Notes: generated by a model from the sequence alone, not told the origin. A DNA stretch of 52,209 bases from Candidatus Woesearchaeota archaeon (GCA_016929255.1 JAFGJH010000044.1:1-52209), one strand, 5' to 3'; numbered from the stretch's first letter, positions 1-10,596 are shown. Made by a program: numbers and translations.

Positions 1-7
1 CAAACAG

Positions 8-77
8 CGGATACTGCGCAAGCACAGTCGAATGCATAAGAGGATAGCAACCGAATGCGGATTAGCAGCGTGGCGCT
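8..77. repeat. Intergenic structured repeat E0 (5' arm probably cut by window edge), homologous to 16395-16538
   Basis: tagcagcgtggcgct (63-77) is identical to 16521-16535; cggatactgcgcaagca (8-24) matches 16465-16481 at 15/17; ends 9 nt from the topA stop. Confidence 0.6.
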
Positions 78-86
78 CTTCAGAAT

Positions 87-2312
87 TCACTTCTTCCCGT
101 TGCCGTTGCCTTCTATCTTCTCTGTGTGCCTGCACTTGGGGTATCCTGAGCATCCGTAGAAGCTTCCATATATAGATTTCCTGAGGACCATCGGCTTTCC
201 GCACTGCGGGCAGTTCTTCTCTATCTTGCCTGCCTCGAGCTTCTCTGCTTCCCTTCGGGCTTCTGTGTTCTCTATCTTCTTTGTCTCGCATTCAGGGTTG
301 ATGCAGACATCCTGCGGCCTCTGTCTCTTGCGTATTATCACAAGAGTAGGGTATCCGCATTTCTCGCAGACTTTCTTCGACGGCTTGAATAATGCATTGG
401 TGGGCAGCTTGAACGTGATGCTGCACTTGGGGTAGTTGTCGCACGCGATGAACCTGCCGAACTTGCCTTTCTTTATCACGAGGTTCCCTTCGCAGATGGG
501 GCACTTGCCTATCTCTGACATCTCGCGCTCGGTCTCTTTGGTCGCGTCGGACAGCTTCTCGCCTATCTTGTTCTCGTTCTCCTTGAACCGCGTGAGTGTC
601 TTGGTCAGCACGACCTTTGCCTCGCCGAGGACCTCTTCCTCTTTCTTTTTGTCTTCCCTTATCTGGTCCATCTCTATCTCGAAGTTCCTTGTCAGCTCCT
701 CGTCGAGTATGTCAGGGCAGTATTTCTCGAGGGTCTCCACTGTCTTTATGCCTAGGTTAGTGGCCTGCACCGCTTTTCCCGTGACGTATCCTCTCTGGAA
801 AAGGTTGTCGACTATGGTCGACCTGGTGGCTTTTGTCCCGAGCCCTTTCTTCTCGAGCTCCTTGATTATCGATGCTTGGGTGTATCTTTTGGGAGGCTGT
901 GTATCCTTGTCGTGCATCATCACTTCATTGATATTGACTTCCTCCCCCTGTTCCGCTTTTGGCAGTTCTTCCTCTTTCTGTGTGGCATACTTTCCGTAGA
1001 GCTCGTGCCATCCTTTCTCTTTTGTCCTTGTGCCTTTTGCGGTGAAGAGCTCCTGCCTGGCGTCTATCTCTATCTTGACTGTCTCCCTCACTGCTGCGTC
1101 TCCGAATGTCGCCAGGAACCGCCTGACTATGAGGTCATATACCCTTGCTTCCCTGCCTTTCACGGTCGGCAGTGCTCCTGTCGGGTAGATTGCCGGGTGC
1201 GCGGGGTCTGTCTTTGGCCCGTTGTTCGGCTTCAGCGGCCTCTTGCCGAGAAGGTATCCGCATTCCTTGCTGTATTCTTCCTGTCTGGATATATCTTTTA
1301 TTATCTTCTCATATCCTATCGCTGGCGGCAGCTGTTGGGAGCTTGTCCTCGGGTATGATATCGCTCCGTCGAGGTATAGGTTCTGCGCCAGCTGCAGGGT
1401 GTCGCTTGGGCTTATCCCGTGCGTCCTGTACGCCTCTGTCTGTAGCGTCGTGAGGTCGAAAGGTGAGGGCGGCGCCTGCCTGAACTCGCTTTTCGTGACT
1501 GTCTTGACCCTTCCTTTCTTCTCAGGCCTGACCTTTTCCAGCACTGCTGCCGCTTTCTCCCTGTTCCAGAAAGGGTTCTCGTTGTGCTGTGCGGTGAGCG
1601 CTCCTCCCTTGACCGCCCCTTGGAGCTCGAGCTCCCAGTATGGCTCCGGCTTGAATTCCTGTATTGACTTTTCCCTGTCGACGATGATCTTGAGCGCCGG
1701 GCCCTGGACCCTTCCTGAACTGAGTATTTTGTGCATGCCTGTGGCATGCTTTATGCTGAGCGTCAGTGCTCTGCTGAGGTTTATGCCGTACATCCAGTCG
1801 AGGAAGTGCCTTGTCTCTCCTGCAAGTGCCTGTCCCCAGTCCAGGTGCCTCATCTTGTCGTCATATGCCTTGACAAGGTCTGGCTTGGTGAGTGTCGAGA
1901 ACTTCATTCGGTTCGCGTCTTTCTGCTTGCAGGCGAACCTTGTGACATTGAGTCCTATGACCTCCCCTTCCACATCATAATCTGTTGCTATCGTGAATTC
2001 TTGCGCGTCTTTGCTGAGCTTCTTCAGGACTGAAAGGTATTTTTTGGTGAATGCTGATTCTTTTTTTGCCGTGCCTGACTCTTCCCATTCGATGTCAAAC
2101 ACGGGGTAAGTCCAGCCTTTCTTCTTCTCCTTTTCAGCGACTGTGTAGAGATGTCCTACTGCGCAGCCGACAACGATGTCCTTGCTCCCGTGCGTTATCA
2201 GGTAGTAAGGGACGCCTTTTTCGCTTTTCTTTATCGGTTTCCCTGTTGCGAGCGCCTGGGCGATCTTCAGCGCCGCATTCGGCTTCTCGGTGATTATGAG
2301 CTCATATGCCAT
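87..2312 (-). CDS. topA: DNA topoisomerase I (type IA) with C-terminal Zn ribbons
   Basis: TOPRIM IITEKP and ATDYDVEGE, SSGRVQ, active-site ISYPRT, HPAIYPT, GLGTKATR, C4 zinc ribbons. Start set at MAYEL, ~25 nt below a TATA; the ORF track starts at 2336. Confidence 0.97.
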   Translation of the reverse strand: MAYELIITEKPNAALKIAQALATGKPIKKSEKGVPYYLITHGSKDIVVGCAVGHLYTVAEKEKKKGWTYPVFDIEWEESGTAKKESAFTKKYLSVLKKLSKDAQEFTIATDYDVEGEVIGLNVTRFACKQKDANRMKFSTLTKPDLVKAYDDKMRHLDWGQALAGETRHFLDWMYGINLSRALTLSIKHATGMHKILSSGRVQGPALKIIVDREKSIQEFKPEPYWELELQGAVKGGALTAQHNENPFWNREKAAAVLEKVRPEKKGRVKTVTKSEFRQAPPSPFDLTTLQTEAYRTHGISPSDTLQLAQNLYLDGAISYPRTSSQQLPPAIGYEKIIKDISRQEEYSKECGYLLGKRPLKPNNGPKTDPAHPAIYPTGALPTVKGREARVYDLIVRRFLATFGDAAVRETVKIEIDARQELFTAKGTRTKEKGWHELYGKYATQKEEELPKAEQGEEVNINEVMMHDKDTQPPKRYTQASIIKELEKKGLGTKATRSTIVDNLFQRGYVTGKAVQATNLGIKTVETLEKYCPDILDEELTRNFEIEMDQIREDKKKEEEVLGEAKVVLTKTLTRFKENENKIGEKLSDATKETEREMSEIGKCPICEGNLVIKKGKFGRFIACDNYPKCSITFKLPTNALFKPSKKVCEKCGYPTLVIIRKRQRPQDVCINPECETKKIENTEARREAEKLEAGKIEKNCPQCGKPMVLRKSIYGSFYGCSGYPKCRHTEKIEGNGNGKK

Positions 2313-2382
2313 CTGAGCGTGAAAATCCTGGTTCATTTAAAAAGGTTGTGGGTGGTTGGTGCTGCTGAATCAGATGTTGTGG

Positions 2383-2482
2383 TGCCGAAGACGCCTACCG
2401 AGCTGAAGGTGAAATAAGCGGAAAACACCGCAGTAGGGCGGAAAGGAGCAGTAAATGCTGCGGAGCGAGCGCGGCTTTGGCA
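2383..2482 (+). repeat. Intergenic structured repeat E3 (100 nt), candidate ncRNA or REP-like element
   Basis: Closing stem tgccgaagacgc/gcggctttggca with a G-U pair; internal hairpins gcgg-aaaaca-ccgc and agca-gtaaa-tgct; block 2446-2473 matches 11017-11044 at 21/28. Confidence 0.5.
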
Positions 2483-2605
2483 GTTGTTTTGTAATGGGGG
2501 TTGATTCATTCTTGCGTCATGGTTCTGCTTTTATCGCTCTTCTTCGGTTGTTCCACTGCGGAATTAATATAAAAGTATTTAAATGGATTTCATTTCAGCA
2601 GGACT

Positions 2606-3016
2606 ATGGATCCGAACCTGATTACTCTTCTGAAGATAATGCTCTCTGTTGTTCTTGGGAGCATTATCGGCTATGAGCGTGAGCGTTTCGGCCATTATGC
2701 AGGCATAAGGACACACATCATTGTCTGCATGACAAGCACTTTTGTGCTTTGCGCTTTTATCACTGCTTTTGAGCCTGACTCTGCCGCGAGAGTCGCTGCC
2801 GCGATTATGACTGGTATAGGCTTCATTGGCGCAGGCACCATCCTCAGTCATGGCAGGGAGGTCAAGGGCTTGACTACTGCTGCGAGCGTGTGGGGCGTCG
2901 CAGGTCTGGGCCTGATTATTGCTATCGGGGCGTTCTGGGAGGCGGTGGTCGTTACGCTCGTGATGGTGATCATCCTGGAGATGCGCGTGTTTGCTCTTAA
3001 GGTGAAAAAGATATAG
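2606..3016 (+). CDS. MgtC/SapB family membrane protein
   Basis: IGYERE, AGIRTH, GIGFIGAGTI and GLTTAASVW motifs; about 4 TM segments. Confidence 0.92.
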   Translation: MDPNLITLLKIMLSVVLGSIIGYERERFGHYAGIRTHIIVCMTSTFVLCAFITAFEPDSAARVAAAIMTGIGFIGAGTILSHGREVKGLTTAASVWGVAGLGLIIAIGAFWEAVVVTLVMVIILEMRVFALKVKKI

Positions 3017-3135
3017 CGTAATTTTGCTGGTTCTTTTGGATTTTTCGGGTTCTTCGGGTTCTTTGATGTTTTTTTTGAACGGTCACGGCACCCGCAGTCA
3101 CAACTAATAAAAACAACCCCTGCTTTTCATCCTTC

Positions 3136-4218
3136 ATGGACAGGGATGTGATAGGAAGGATTCTGGAGGAAGCAGGTGGACTTGACAGGCCTTGCGTTGC
3201 GGGTGTTGAAGGTGTTGCGGGTGCTGCAGGTTTGTTATGCTCTTATGAGATTGACTGCGCCCCATCAGGATTCTCAAAGGACAGGTTCCACAGCATTCCG
3301 GACATTGGTTCAGGTGACTGCCCGCGCGTGGTGTTCATCGACGGGGGCAATGCAGGGATATTCTCTTCGCCTGATTTCTGTGTGCACTTCATACGCATAT
3401 TCCACACTGAATACGAGGGGAACAGGCGCGTCTCCTGCTCTGCCGACGGGTTCTATGTGCTCTGCAGGGCAGAGGCAGGAGCCCTGAAAGATGGCGGCAG
3501 GATTGTTTTTTCGGCGAAGATGTTCCCTTCATGTGTGAAGTCATTGACTGATTCATTCTTCACTGAACGGTTCGAGTTTGATCCCCTGGATAAGTCGCTT
3601 CTCGAGAAGAATTCCCGCATGGCTATGTCCCGCGTCCCTGGCATGGTGCGTCGCATAGCAGAGCTTTCGACTGCCCTTCTTTTGGCGAGCAAGGCAGGCA
3701 GGGGCGATAACATCATCGTGGATGGGGATTTCTGCACGAGGACTGTATATGAGAAGAAGCTTGTTGATGCTCTCGCGCGTTTTGCGGGGAGGGGGGTGTC
3801 CATCGCAGGGCTTTCGAAGACATCTGACCTTATCACTTCAGGAGGGTGTTCTGTCACGAAGGTCCTTTCTGCAGCAGCGCCTGCTGGTGCGTGGTATTAT
3901 TCCCCTGCTGCAGTAAGAAAGGGCACGGCAGTTTCTTTCGCGAAGCTCCATCCTGAGTCTGATTACATCTTCAAGCTGGAGACTCTTGCGGCAACAATGC
4001 CTGAGGATGTGCTGAAGGTTCTTTCTGCCAACAGCACTGATGCGGTCTTCCTCGGCTACCCTTACGGATTGATCGAGGCAGACAGGTTCGCCCGCGTATC
4101 TGAACGCGAGAAGGGGATACTGAGGACGATGTTCATGGCAAAGGCAGGCAAAGGCTGGGAATCTCTGGCCGGCGCTGAGAAATCGCTGGATGCTCATTCT
4201 GTTCTTGACAACATATGA
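3136..4218 (+). CDS. nurA: NurA-family nuclease
   Basis: FIDGGN, IIVDGD, GLSKTS and C-terminal GYPYGLIEADRFARVS match the NurA RNase H-like motifs. Confidence 0.75.
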   Translation: MDRDVIGRILEEAGGLDRPCVAGVEGVAGAAGLLCSYEIDCAPSGFSKDRFHSIPDIGSGDCPRVVFIDGGNAGIFSSPDFCVHFIRIFHTEYEGNRRVSCSADGFYVLCRAEAGALKDGGRIVFSAKMFPSCVKSLTDSFFTERFEFDPLDKSLLEKNSRMAMSRVPGMVRRIAELSTALLLASKAGRGDNIIVDGDFCTRTVYEKKLVDALARFAGRGVSIAGLSKTSDLITSGGCSVTKVLSAAAPAGAWYYSPAAVRKGTAVSFAKLHPESDYIFKLETLAATMPEDVLKVLSANSTDAVFLGYPYGLIEADRFARVSEREKGILRTMFMAKAGKGWESLAGAEKSLDAHSVLDNI

Positions 4219-4231
4219 GCTTGGTAAATGT

Positions 4232-4345
4232 TTATACATAAGAAGTATTTATTATACATTAGAAGTATAAATTTTCACCAACACGTATTCTACAAAAGAA
4301 GTATAAAAAAAACATAGAAAGTAAAAAAGTCCACAAAAGGAGTAA
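4232..4345. promoter_or_regulatory. AT-rich direct-repeat array (putative operator) upstream of the HTH gene
   Basis: ttatacatWagaagtat at 4232 and 4252 (20-bp spacing); degenerate copies near 4291, 4312 and 4333; tttataaa TATA at ~4359. Confidence 0.5.
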
Positions 4346-4388
4346 AAATACCGCAATATTTATAAAAAGAATTCCCGCAAAGCATTGC

Positions 4389-4904
4389 ATGGAGAAAAAA
4401 AGGCGGCCGCCGCGCAGCACTGCAGAGTCACACGAGCTTCTGAAATCGATAATCCATTTCATGAGACAGAAGCAGCAGCTTTCGTTGCAGGAGCTCATCA
4501 GCATATACGCTGAGGTGATCCCTGAGGAGGCAGTCCCGGTCTCGATATTCTCGCATGATCTCAGCCCTTCTGAATCATTGTGCAGGTTCCTGAAAGAGAA
4601 CCGCAACCTCACTTTTCATGATATAGCTGCTCTGCTCAACCGCGATGACCGCAGCATATGGACATCATACACAAGAGCGGCCAAAAAGTCGAGGCAGCAG
4701 TTCACAACTTCTGATGATGACCTGATGATTCCTCTTTCAATTTTCCAGGACCGGTCGATGTCCATACTTGAGCATGTCGTTGACCACCTGAAGACTGAAC
4801 ATAAGCTTTCAAACTCAGGGATAGCCCGGCTCATCAGCAAGAACCCGAGCTCGATAGCCACTGTCGCGAACAGGGCCTCTGCAAAGAGGGGAGCAGGCAG
4901 ATGA
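4389..4904 (+). CDS. Protein with two tandem HTH-like repeats (putative regulator)
   Basis: Internal duplication PVSIF...LTFHDIAALLNRDDRSIWTSY / PLSIF...LSNSGIARLISKNPSSIATVA; ATGA overlap with the next gene. Confidence 0.7.
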   Translation: MEKKRRPPRSTAESHELLKSIIHFMRQKQQLSLQELISIYAEVIPEEAVPVSIFSHDLSPSESLCRFLKENRNLTFHDIAALLNRDDRSIWTSYTRAAKKSRQQFTTSDDDLMIPLSIFQDRSMSILEHVVDHLKTEHKLSNSGIARLISKNPSSIATVANRASAKRGAGR

Positions 4905-7900
4905 TGAGGATTGACGAAGCGATGAAGGGCCGTTCAATGGATTTCATTGTCCTCGTTGTAGTGATAGCTTTTGCGATGTTGTTAGCTTCGCAGATAGACA
5001 CTATAACAGGCATGGCATCTTCTATATCCGGCACGAATACTTCACTCGCCATATCCAGCAGTGCTGATTACGCGAACATCTCGCAGGGTGAGCCCGTTAC
5101 ATTCTATGCTAACTATACAAACCTTAGCGGCGTACCGATCAATAACCAGTCAGACAACGGCTCTTGTGTCATCAGGTTTGAGGACACTGCGCAGTCCTTC
5201 AGCATGTCTTTCAACCTTTCAGGAACCGATGTCTATGAGTACACGCGCACTTTCGCGGCGCCCGATACATACTCCTGGAATGTCACATGCGGCTCAGACC
5301 TCTACGAGACCCTTGTCACAGCAGACAGCTCGATGGTAGAAAAGACATACTGCGGCAGGTATGTCTCGGGAAGCATCACTCTGACATCAGACCTTGTCAT
5401 GTCCAACGGGAGCACTTCCTGCAGCCAGCACGGTCTGCTTATCAATTCAAGCGGCATAACAATCGACTGCGCAGGCCGCACGATACCTGGTGATCAGAAT
5501 GGATACGGCATCTACAGCGCAGGGTTCAACAATCTCACCCTGATCAACTGCACACTGACAGGATTCAGCAACGGCGTGCGTTTTGAGTCATCCACGAACA
5601 ACAGGGTCTACTACAACACATTCTTCTCCAACACTCTTCATGCTTGCTCTGACACAGCAGGAAGTCATTTCAACATCACGGTCGGAGGCAAAGCGGTCGG
5701 CAACTCCTGGGACAACGCCTGCGAACTGATGATATTCGATTCTGACTCTGATGGTTATGGTGATTTCGGCCAGCAGTATCCTTACAATGAGGCGAATGGG
5801 GGCAAGGTCTCTGCGAATGTCTCTGATTGGGGTCCGGTCTCCGACAATCTTGATTCTGATAACGACGGCTCCCCTGATTCTGAGGACTGCAACGACGCCG
5901 ACAGCACTATCTTCGCGCCCAGGAATGACATACTGGTCCTGCAGAACTCGACATTGTGCCCTGGCACGTACTATGTGGACGATTCTGTGCAGGAAGGTGT
6001 CATAAGGTTCGGAGGCAGCGGCCTTGAGCTCAACTGCGGCAATGCTGTGCTGGTCGGCGGCGGCCTCGGTTCAGGCATATACGACTCTTACGGCAACAAC
6101 ACGATAAAGGACTGCACAGTCAGGGAATATTATTATGGTGTGCATGCATACCGCGCGAACTTCACCAGCCTCAGGAACATAACTTCAGAGGGCAATGATT
6201 ACGCAGGCGTCGTCTTCTCCAATTCGAGCCATGGGAACATCACCGATGTCACGGCGGCAGGCAACGCAGACGTGGGATTATTCATTACAGAATACTCGAC
6301 GAACAACACACTTTCAGCAATCGTCGCGCATGACAACTACCTGGGTGCTTATTTCTATTACGCACATAATAACACGCTGGTTGATTCAAGCCTCTATGAA
6401 AATGATTGGCATGGCCTGTTCTTGGACAGGTCAGAATGTAATCGCATAGATGATTCGGACATCTACTGGAACCAGAAGGGTGTCTATCTCGCTTATTCCC
6501 ACATGAACAACCTGACTGGTGTATCTGTGTACGGGAATTCAGGCTCGGGGATAGTCTTGTGGTTCTCTGACGGCAACAGGATATTCAACACATCGTCATA
6601 CCTCAACAGCGGGTCCGGCATTGAGCTTTTGCTGGTCAGGCACAACCTGATAGAGAACACGACAGTGCTCGACGATGATGATTATTGCATCTGGCTCAAC
6701 CACTCGCTTGATACCAGGATATATAACACTACAGCGGCAGGGTGCGGGCAGGAGGGGCTGTGGATATATGATTCAAGGAATGACACCATCCTGGATAACA
6801 ACATATCATCTAACTCTTTTGGCGTGCGTATCTCGTCATCTTATGACACCGTGCTGGGGTGGAATGACATTATTGATAGCACATTCTCAGGGCTGCTTGT
6901 CGAGCCTTCGGCAGGCATAGTGTTTGGGAACAACACTGTCTCTGGCGGGGCGGTCGGAGTGAACATTTCCGGCAACTCATCGATGACATTGTTCAACAAC
7001 ACTGTCAGCGGAAGCTCTGGTGACGGCATACTGCTGTCGGGCTCCGATTCGGTGAACCTGACCGGCAACACCCTGATGTCCAACAGCGGTTTCGCGATAT
7101 TCGCGGTTAACACCACGCTAATCCCGTCTTATCCCTCCATCCTGTCGGGCAACACCATCTCGTCTGACAACACAGCAGGCATGCTCAGTTTCAACTGGTA
7201 CATCCAGGTGCACACTCTCAACAGGACAGGGGGCAATGCTTCCGGAGTGGATATCAACCTGACTTTCACAGGTGAAGCCTCTCCCCAGCAGGGCTCGGTG
7301 ACGCTAAACACATCATTGACGCCTTATATCACAGCCACGCAGTACATCGTCAACAATTCTGGAGACCGGATTGACAGGACATATAACATATCCGGCGTGA
7401 AGGGGGACTTTGCAGGTGAGAACATCACCAGCATCACAGAGAACAGGATAAGAGCGGAGAATGATGAGATATTCCTGACACTTGACATCGCTCTTCCGCC
7501 GCATGTCACACTAGTATCTCCCGCCACGAACACATCGACCACATCCCACTCGCTCAATTTCATCTGTAATGCTTCGCATGAAGGAGGTCTTGCGAACATA
7601 TCTCTTTATCATAACATCTCAGGAAACTGGACATTGGACGCTACGAATAATGCCACAGGCATATCCGACGAGACATCATTTGCATTGAGCGCTCCTGATG
7701 CCCACTTCGGCTGGAACTGTGAAGCCGCAAGCGATTATGACAGCTCCGGATTTGCGCCTCAGAACTTCACCCTTACAGTCTATACCCTTCCGCCGGCTGG
7801 CGGTGGTGGAGGTGGCGGTGGTGGTGAGACTCCCCCTTCAGAAGCTCCTTCAGAGCCTGCTCCTGCTTCGCCTCCGCCGGACACGCCTCCTGCAGCTCCT

Positions 7901-10189
7901 TCGCTTCCTCCTGCGGGACCCGCCCCTTCTCCTGAAGGGTTAGCTCCAGCACCTGCTCCTTCAGGACCTGTTCTTAAGACAGTCGCAGAGGCGGTGCAGA
8001 CAGAAACTTCAATAAGCTGTGATGAAGAGGTGAATATTGTTGAGGAGGATGTATCTCTCGAAGAGCTTCTGAAGCTCATCTCTGTGCCCGAAGGTTATGT
8101 GGTGGCTGTCAGGCCTTTCAAGGCGCAGTGTGTCGGAGGTGAGACTTTCACCATGAGTATTATGGTGCCTGACAACCTCGAGGATGTGCAGGCACTGAGG
8201 TGCGCCGGTGCAGCCTGCAGTGCGCGAAAGACAACATACACGACAAGGATCTGCCCGGGGCAGGAGGTTGAAGAGTTCCGCGAGGAGGACGTCTTCAACA
8301 TAAGCGCATTTGCGGTGAACATCACTGCTGTCAGCGGTAACCTGACAGAGGGGAACAACTCCATCCAGAGCGGGGATTACTCTGTTGATTTCAGCGGTGA
8401 CGTCGAGGCAGGGCTCTCCACGGTCACCGAGAACCAGCCTGAGCCTCTGAACAAGAATGTGAGGATTGTCGGAGTCCCTGTCATGGTGAACTTCAGGCAG
8501 AAGGACGCGTCCGCGTCTCAGGTCGTCAACTTGTCCATACCTTACGTCCTGAAGGCTGATGATGATGAGCTGAGTGTGGCGGTATACGCTAAGAGGATGG
8601 AGGGCGAGGAGGTCAGGTGGCTTTATGTCGGCGGCAGCGTAGACACCGTGAAGAAGATCGTGACAGCTGAGGTGAACCTTTCTGCTTATGCGGTGGATGG
8701 CAAAGTGACTTTTGCGCCGATAACCATGCTGTGCCATGAGTGCGGTGAGGCGGAATTCGCCAACCGTTTCACTCCAGTGCCTGATTCGAGGCAGGCCATA
8801 ATACTTCTCCACGGCCTGTGGGGTATGGGCAAGGTGTGGGAAGGTCTCATAAATGAGTTCAGGCTGACGAACCAGCCCTATCAGCTATGGACTTTCTCTT
8901 ATCTCGCGATAAAGCCCCTGAATGAGTCTGCAATGGACCTGGCAAATTATCTTGAGGCCAATCAGCACCGTTTTGACAAGGTCTACATCGTCGGTTATTC
9001 GCTGGGGGGTTTAGTGACCCAGACAGCTTTGAGGTATGCGTATGAGGAAAGGATGGATGACCCGTCGAAGTACTCTTTCATAGGGAAGGTGGGTAAGGTT
9101 ATACTTGTCGGGACTCCTAACGAGGGCACTCCTGTCGTGAAGTATCTTGACACATTCCTGTCAGAGTATATCAATTCTGAGGCGACTGATGTTGTGCCGA
9201 TGAACTCCATGATCAAGGAAATTCTTGGCAGGGGCCTGAATCTGGAGCCTGTTCCCAATGTGAGCTATTACGTGATTGCGGGGACCAAGCCGTATCCGTT
9301 CCTTGAGCGCCTGGGCCTTACTCGGCTGTTATTCGGCACTCAGCCGAATGATGGTCTGGTTAGTGTGGCATCTGCACAGAATGTGGGCGGTGAGTATCTT
9401 GATGAGGAGTGTGTCAATTTCTGGTCCCAGCCGGTTATCCACACTCTTTTGATAGATGACCGGCTTGTGCAGAAGATAATGGGCCAGATAATCGCAAGTG
9501 ATATATTCAAGGAACTGGCTGAAGAACAGGTTCATACGAACCTGTTCGGCTATTCAAACTACTTTGAGCTTGAGATAGATGACTGTGATCCGGATGATCT
9601 GTATGTTGTGATAGGAAAGGAGAAGGAGTCTTCAGAGGTTGAGCGCGCTGCTTATTGCGCGTGCGGTAATGGGGTCTGTGACGGCCTTGAGGACATATCT
9701 GCCTGTCCTGCTGACTGCCTTATCGTTGAGAAGCCTCTTGTGCAGAGGATTATAGAGAGGTCATTGTCGATCCTTGCCCTGCTGCTTGTCATTTTCATAA
9801 TGGGCGGCTTTGTCTTTGTGCTTTATGAGCATCGCAAGAAGAAGAGGCAGCCTCCTGAGCTTCCGCCGGGATTCAATATGGCCGAGTCAGAGGGGATTCC
9901 TCATGACATGATAAGCTATATGCGTGTGGAGATAGAAGGGCTTAAGAAAAGCCTGAATGATGTGAGAAAAAAGAGGAAGCTGATGCTTAAAGAGCATCCT
10001 GAGAAAGATTTGCTTGAGAGTGAGGAGGAGGCGCTTAAGAAGGCTGAGGAGATCATAAAGACAAGGCTGCAGAACATAAAGGCTCAGATGAAGCATGAGG
10101 AGGCTGCAGGTGGAAAGCGGCGGAAAGAGAATAACGGGGCCCGGAAAACAGTGCGCAAAAGGCTTGGATCAAGGCGCAAGAAGAAGTAA
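4901..10189 (+). CDS. Large surface protein: NosD/parallel beta-helix repeats, Gly/Pro linker, alpha/beta-hydrolase (lipase-like) domain, C-terminal TM
   Basis: N-terminal hydrophobic segment; G(I/V)xL...N..I..N repeats; G8 plus Pro-rich linker; LLHGLWG, GYSLGG, GTPNEGT, NDGLV; CGNGVCD motif; TM LSILALLLVIFIMGGFVFVLY followed by a basic tail. Confidence 0.85.
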   Translation: MMRIDEAMKGRSMDFIVLVVVIAFAMLLASQIDTITGMASSISGTNTSLAISSSADYANISQGEPVTFYANYTNLSGVPINNQSDNGSCVIRFEDTAQSFSMSFNLSGTDVYEYTRTFAAPDTYSWNVTCGSDLYETLVTADSSMVEKTYCGRYVSGSITLTSDLVMSNGSTSCSQHGLLINSSGITIDCAGRTIPGDQNGYGIYSAGFNNLTLINCTLTGFSNGVRFESSTNNRVYYNTFFSNTLHACSDTAGSHFNITVGGKAVGNSWDNACELMIFDSDSDGYGDFGQQYPYNEANGGKVSANVSDWGPVSDNLDSDNDGSPDSEDCNDADSTIFAPRNDILVLQNSTLCPGTYYVDDSVQEGVIRFGGSGLELNCGNAVLVGGGLGSGIYDSYGNNTIKDCTVREYYYGVHAYRANFTSLRNITSEGNDYAGVVFSNSSHGNITDVTAAGNADVGLFITEYSTNNTLSAIVAHDNYLGAYFYYAHNNTLVDSSLYENDWHGLFLDRSECNRIDDSDIYWNQKGVYLAYSHMNNLTGVSVYGNSGSGIVLWFSDGNRIFNTSSYLNSGSGIELLLVRHNLIENTTVLDDDDYCIWLNHSLDTRIYNTTAAGCGQEGLWIYDSRNDTILDNNISSNSFGVRISSSYDTVLGWNDIIDSTFSGLLVEPSAGIVFGNNTVSGGAVGVNISGNSSMTLFNNTVSGSSGDGILLSGSDSVNLTGNTLMSNSGFAIFAVNTTLIPSYPSILSGNTISSDNTAGMLSFNWYIQVHTLNRTGGNASGVDINLTFTGEASPQQGSVTLNTSLTPYITATQYIVNNSGDRIDRTYNISGVKGDFAGENITSITENRIRAENDEIFLTLDIALPPHVTLVSPATNTSTTSHSLNFICNASHEGGLANISLYHNISGNWTLDATNNATGISDETSFALSAPDAHFGWNCEAASDYDSSGFAPQNFTLTVYTLPPAGGGGGGGGGETPPSEAPSEPAPASPPPDTPPAAPSLPPAGPAPSPEGLAPAPAPSGPVLKTVAEAVQTETSISCDEEVNIVEEDVSLEELLKLISVPEGYVVAVRPFKAQCVGGETFTMSIMVPDNLEDVQALRCAGAACSARKTTYTTRICPGQEVEEFREEDVFNISAFAVNITAVSGNLTEGNNSIQSGDYSVDFSGDVEAGLSTVTENQPEPLNKNVRIVGVPVMVNFRQKDASASQVVNLSIPYVLKADDDELSVAVYAKRMEGEEVRWLYVGGSVDTVKKIVTAEVNLSAYAVDGKVTFAPITMLCHECGEAEFANRFTPVPDSRQAIILLHGLWGMGKVWEGLINEFRLTNQPYQLWTFSYLAIKPLNESAMDLANYLEANQHRFDKVYIVGYSLGGLVTQTALRYAYEERMDDPSKYSFIGKVGKVILVGTPNEGTPVVKYLDTFLSEYINSEATDVVPMNSMIKEILGRGLNLEPVPNVSYYVIAGTKPYPFLERLGLTRLLFGTQPNDGLVSVASAQNVGGEYLDEECVNFWSQPVIHTLLIDDRLVQKIMGQIIASDIFKELAEEQVHTNLFGYSNYFELEIDDCDPDDLYVVIGKEKESSEVERAAYCACGNGVCDGLEDISACPADCLIVEKPLVQRIIERSLSILALLLVIFIMGGFVFVLYEHRKKKRQPPELPPGFNMAESEGIPHDMISYMRVEIEGLKKSLNDVRKKRKLMLKEHPEKDLLESEEEALKKAEEIIKTRLQNIKAQMKHEEAAGGKRRKENNGARKTVRKRLGSRRKKK

Positions 10190-10236
10190 GCTTTAAATAC
10201 TAAATGAATATGATGCGCATTAAAGGGGGTGTCAAG

Positions 10237-10557
10237 ATGTTTGGCAATATTAACAAGAGAGGAAAACTGTCGACATTGCTTTTCATAGGGGCGGTTATCC
10301 TGCCTTTGCTGGGCTTGCTTATCATGGATTATCAGCTGAAGCAGGCCAATGACATCACTGGTGCTTATCTTGTTTCGGGGCCTTCTGCTTATGCTTCTGA
10401 GAACCTTCTGGCTGGTGCGGTTGTGCTTGGGGTCATCGTGTCGGTCCTGGTTGGGCTGAGCGTTAACAGGATAAGGAAGGCGAGGGTCATATCGACCATG
10501 CCTCTGGCGAAGATCAATGATGAGATACAGAGTATTGATGAGCATCTGAAGAGATGA
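10237..10557 (+). CDS. Small two-TM membrane protein
   Basis: Two hydrophobic helices with an ITG motif between them; SD-like ggggtg before ATG 10237. Confidence 0.7.
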   Translation: MFGNINKRGKLSTLLFIGAVILPLLGLLIMDYQLKQANDITGAYLVSGPSAYASENLLAGAVVLGVIVSVLVGLSVNRIRKARVISTMPLAKINDEIQSIDEHLKR

Positions 10558-10596
10558 TTCTTTTTGTTTGTCAGGTACATGAAGAGGTGAGTGTAT

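Noticed and set aside
4232-4345. CRISPR array or replication origin
   Set aside because: Repeats are short and degenerate with no unique spacers; no cas or cdc6 gene and no ORB-like G-string
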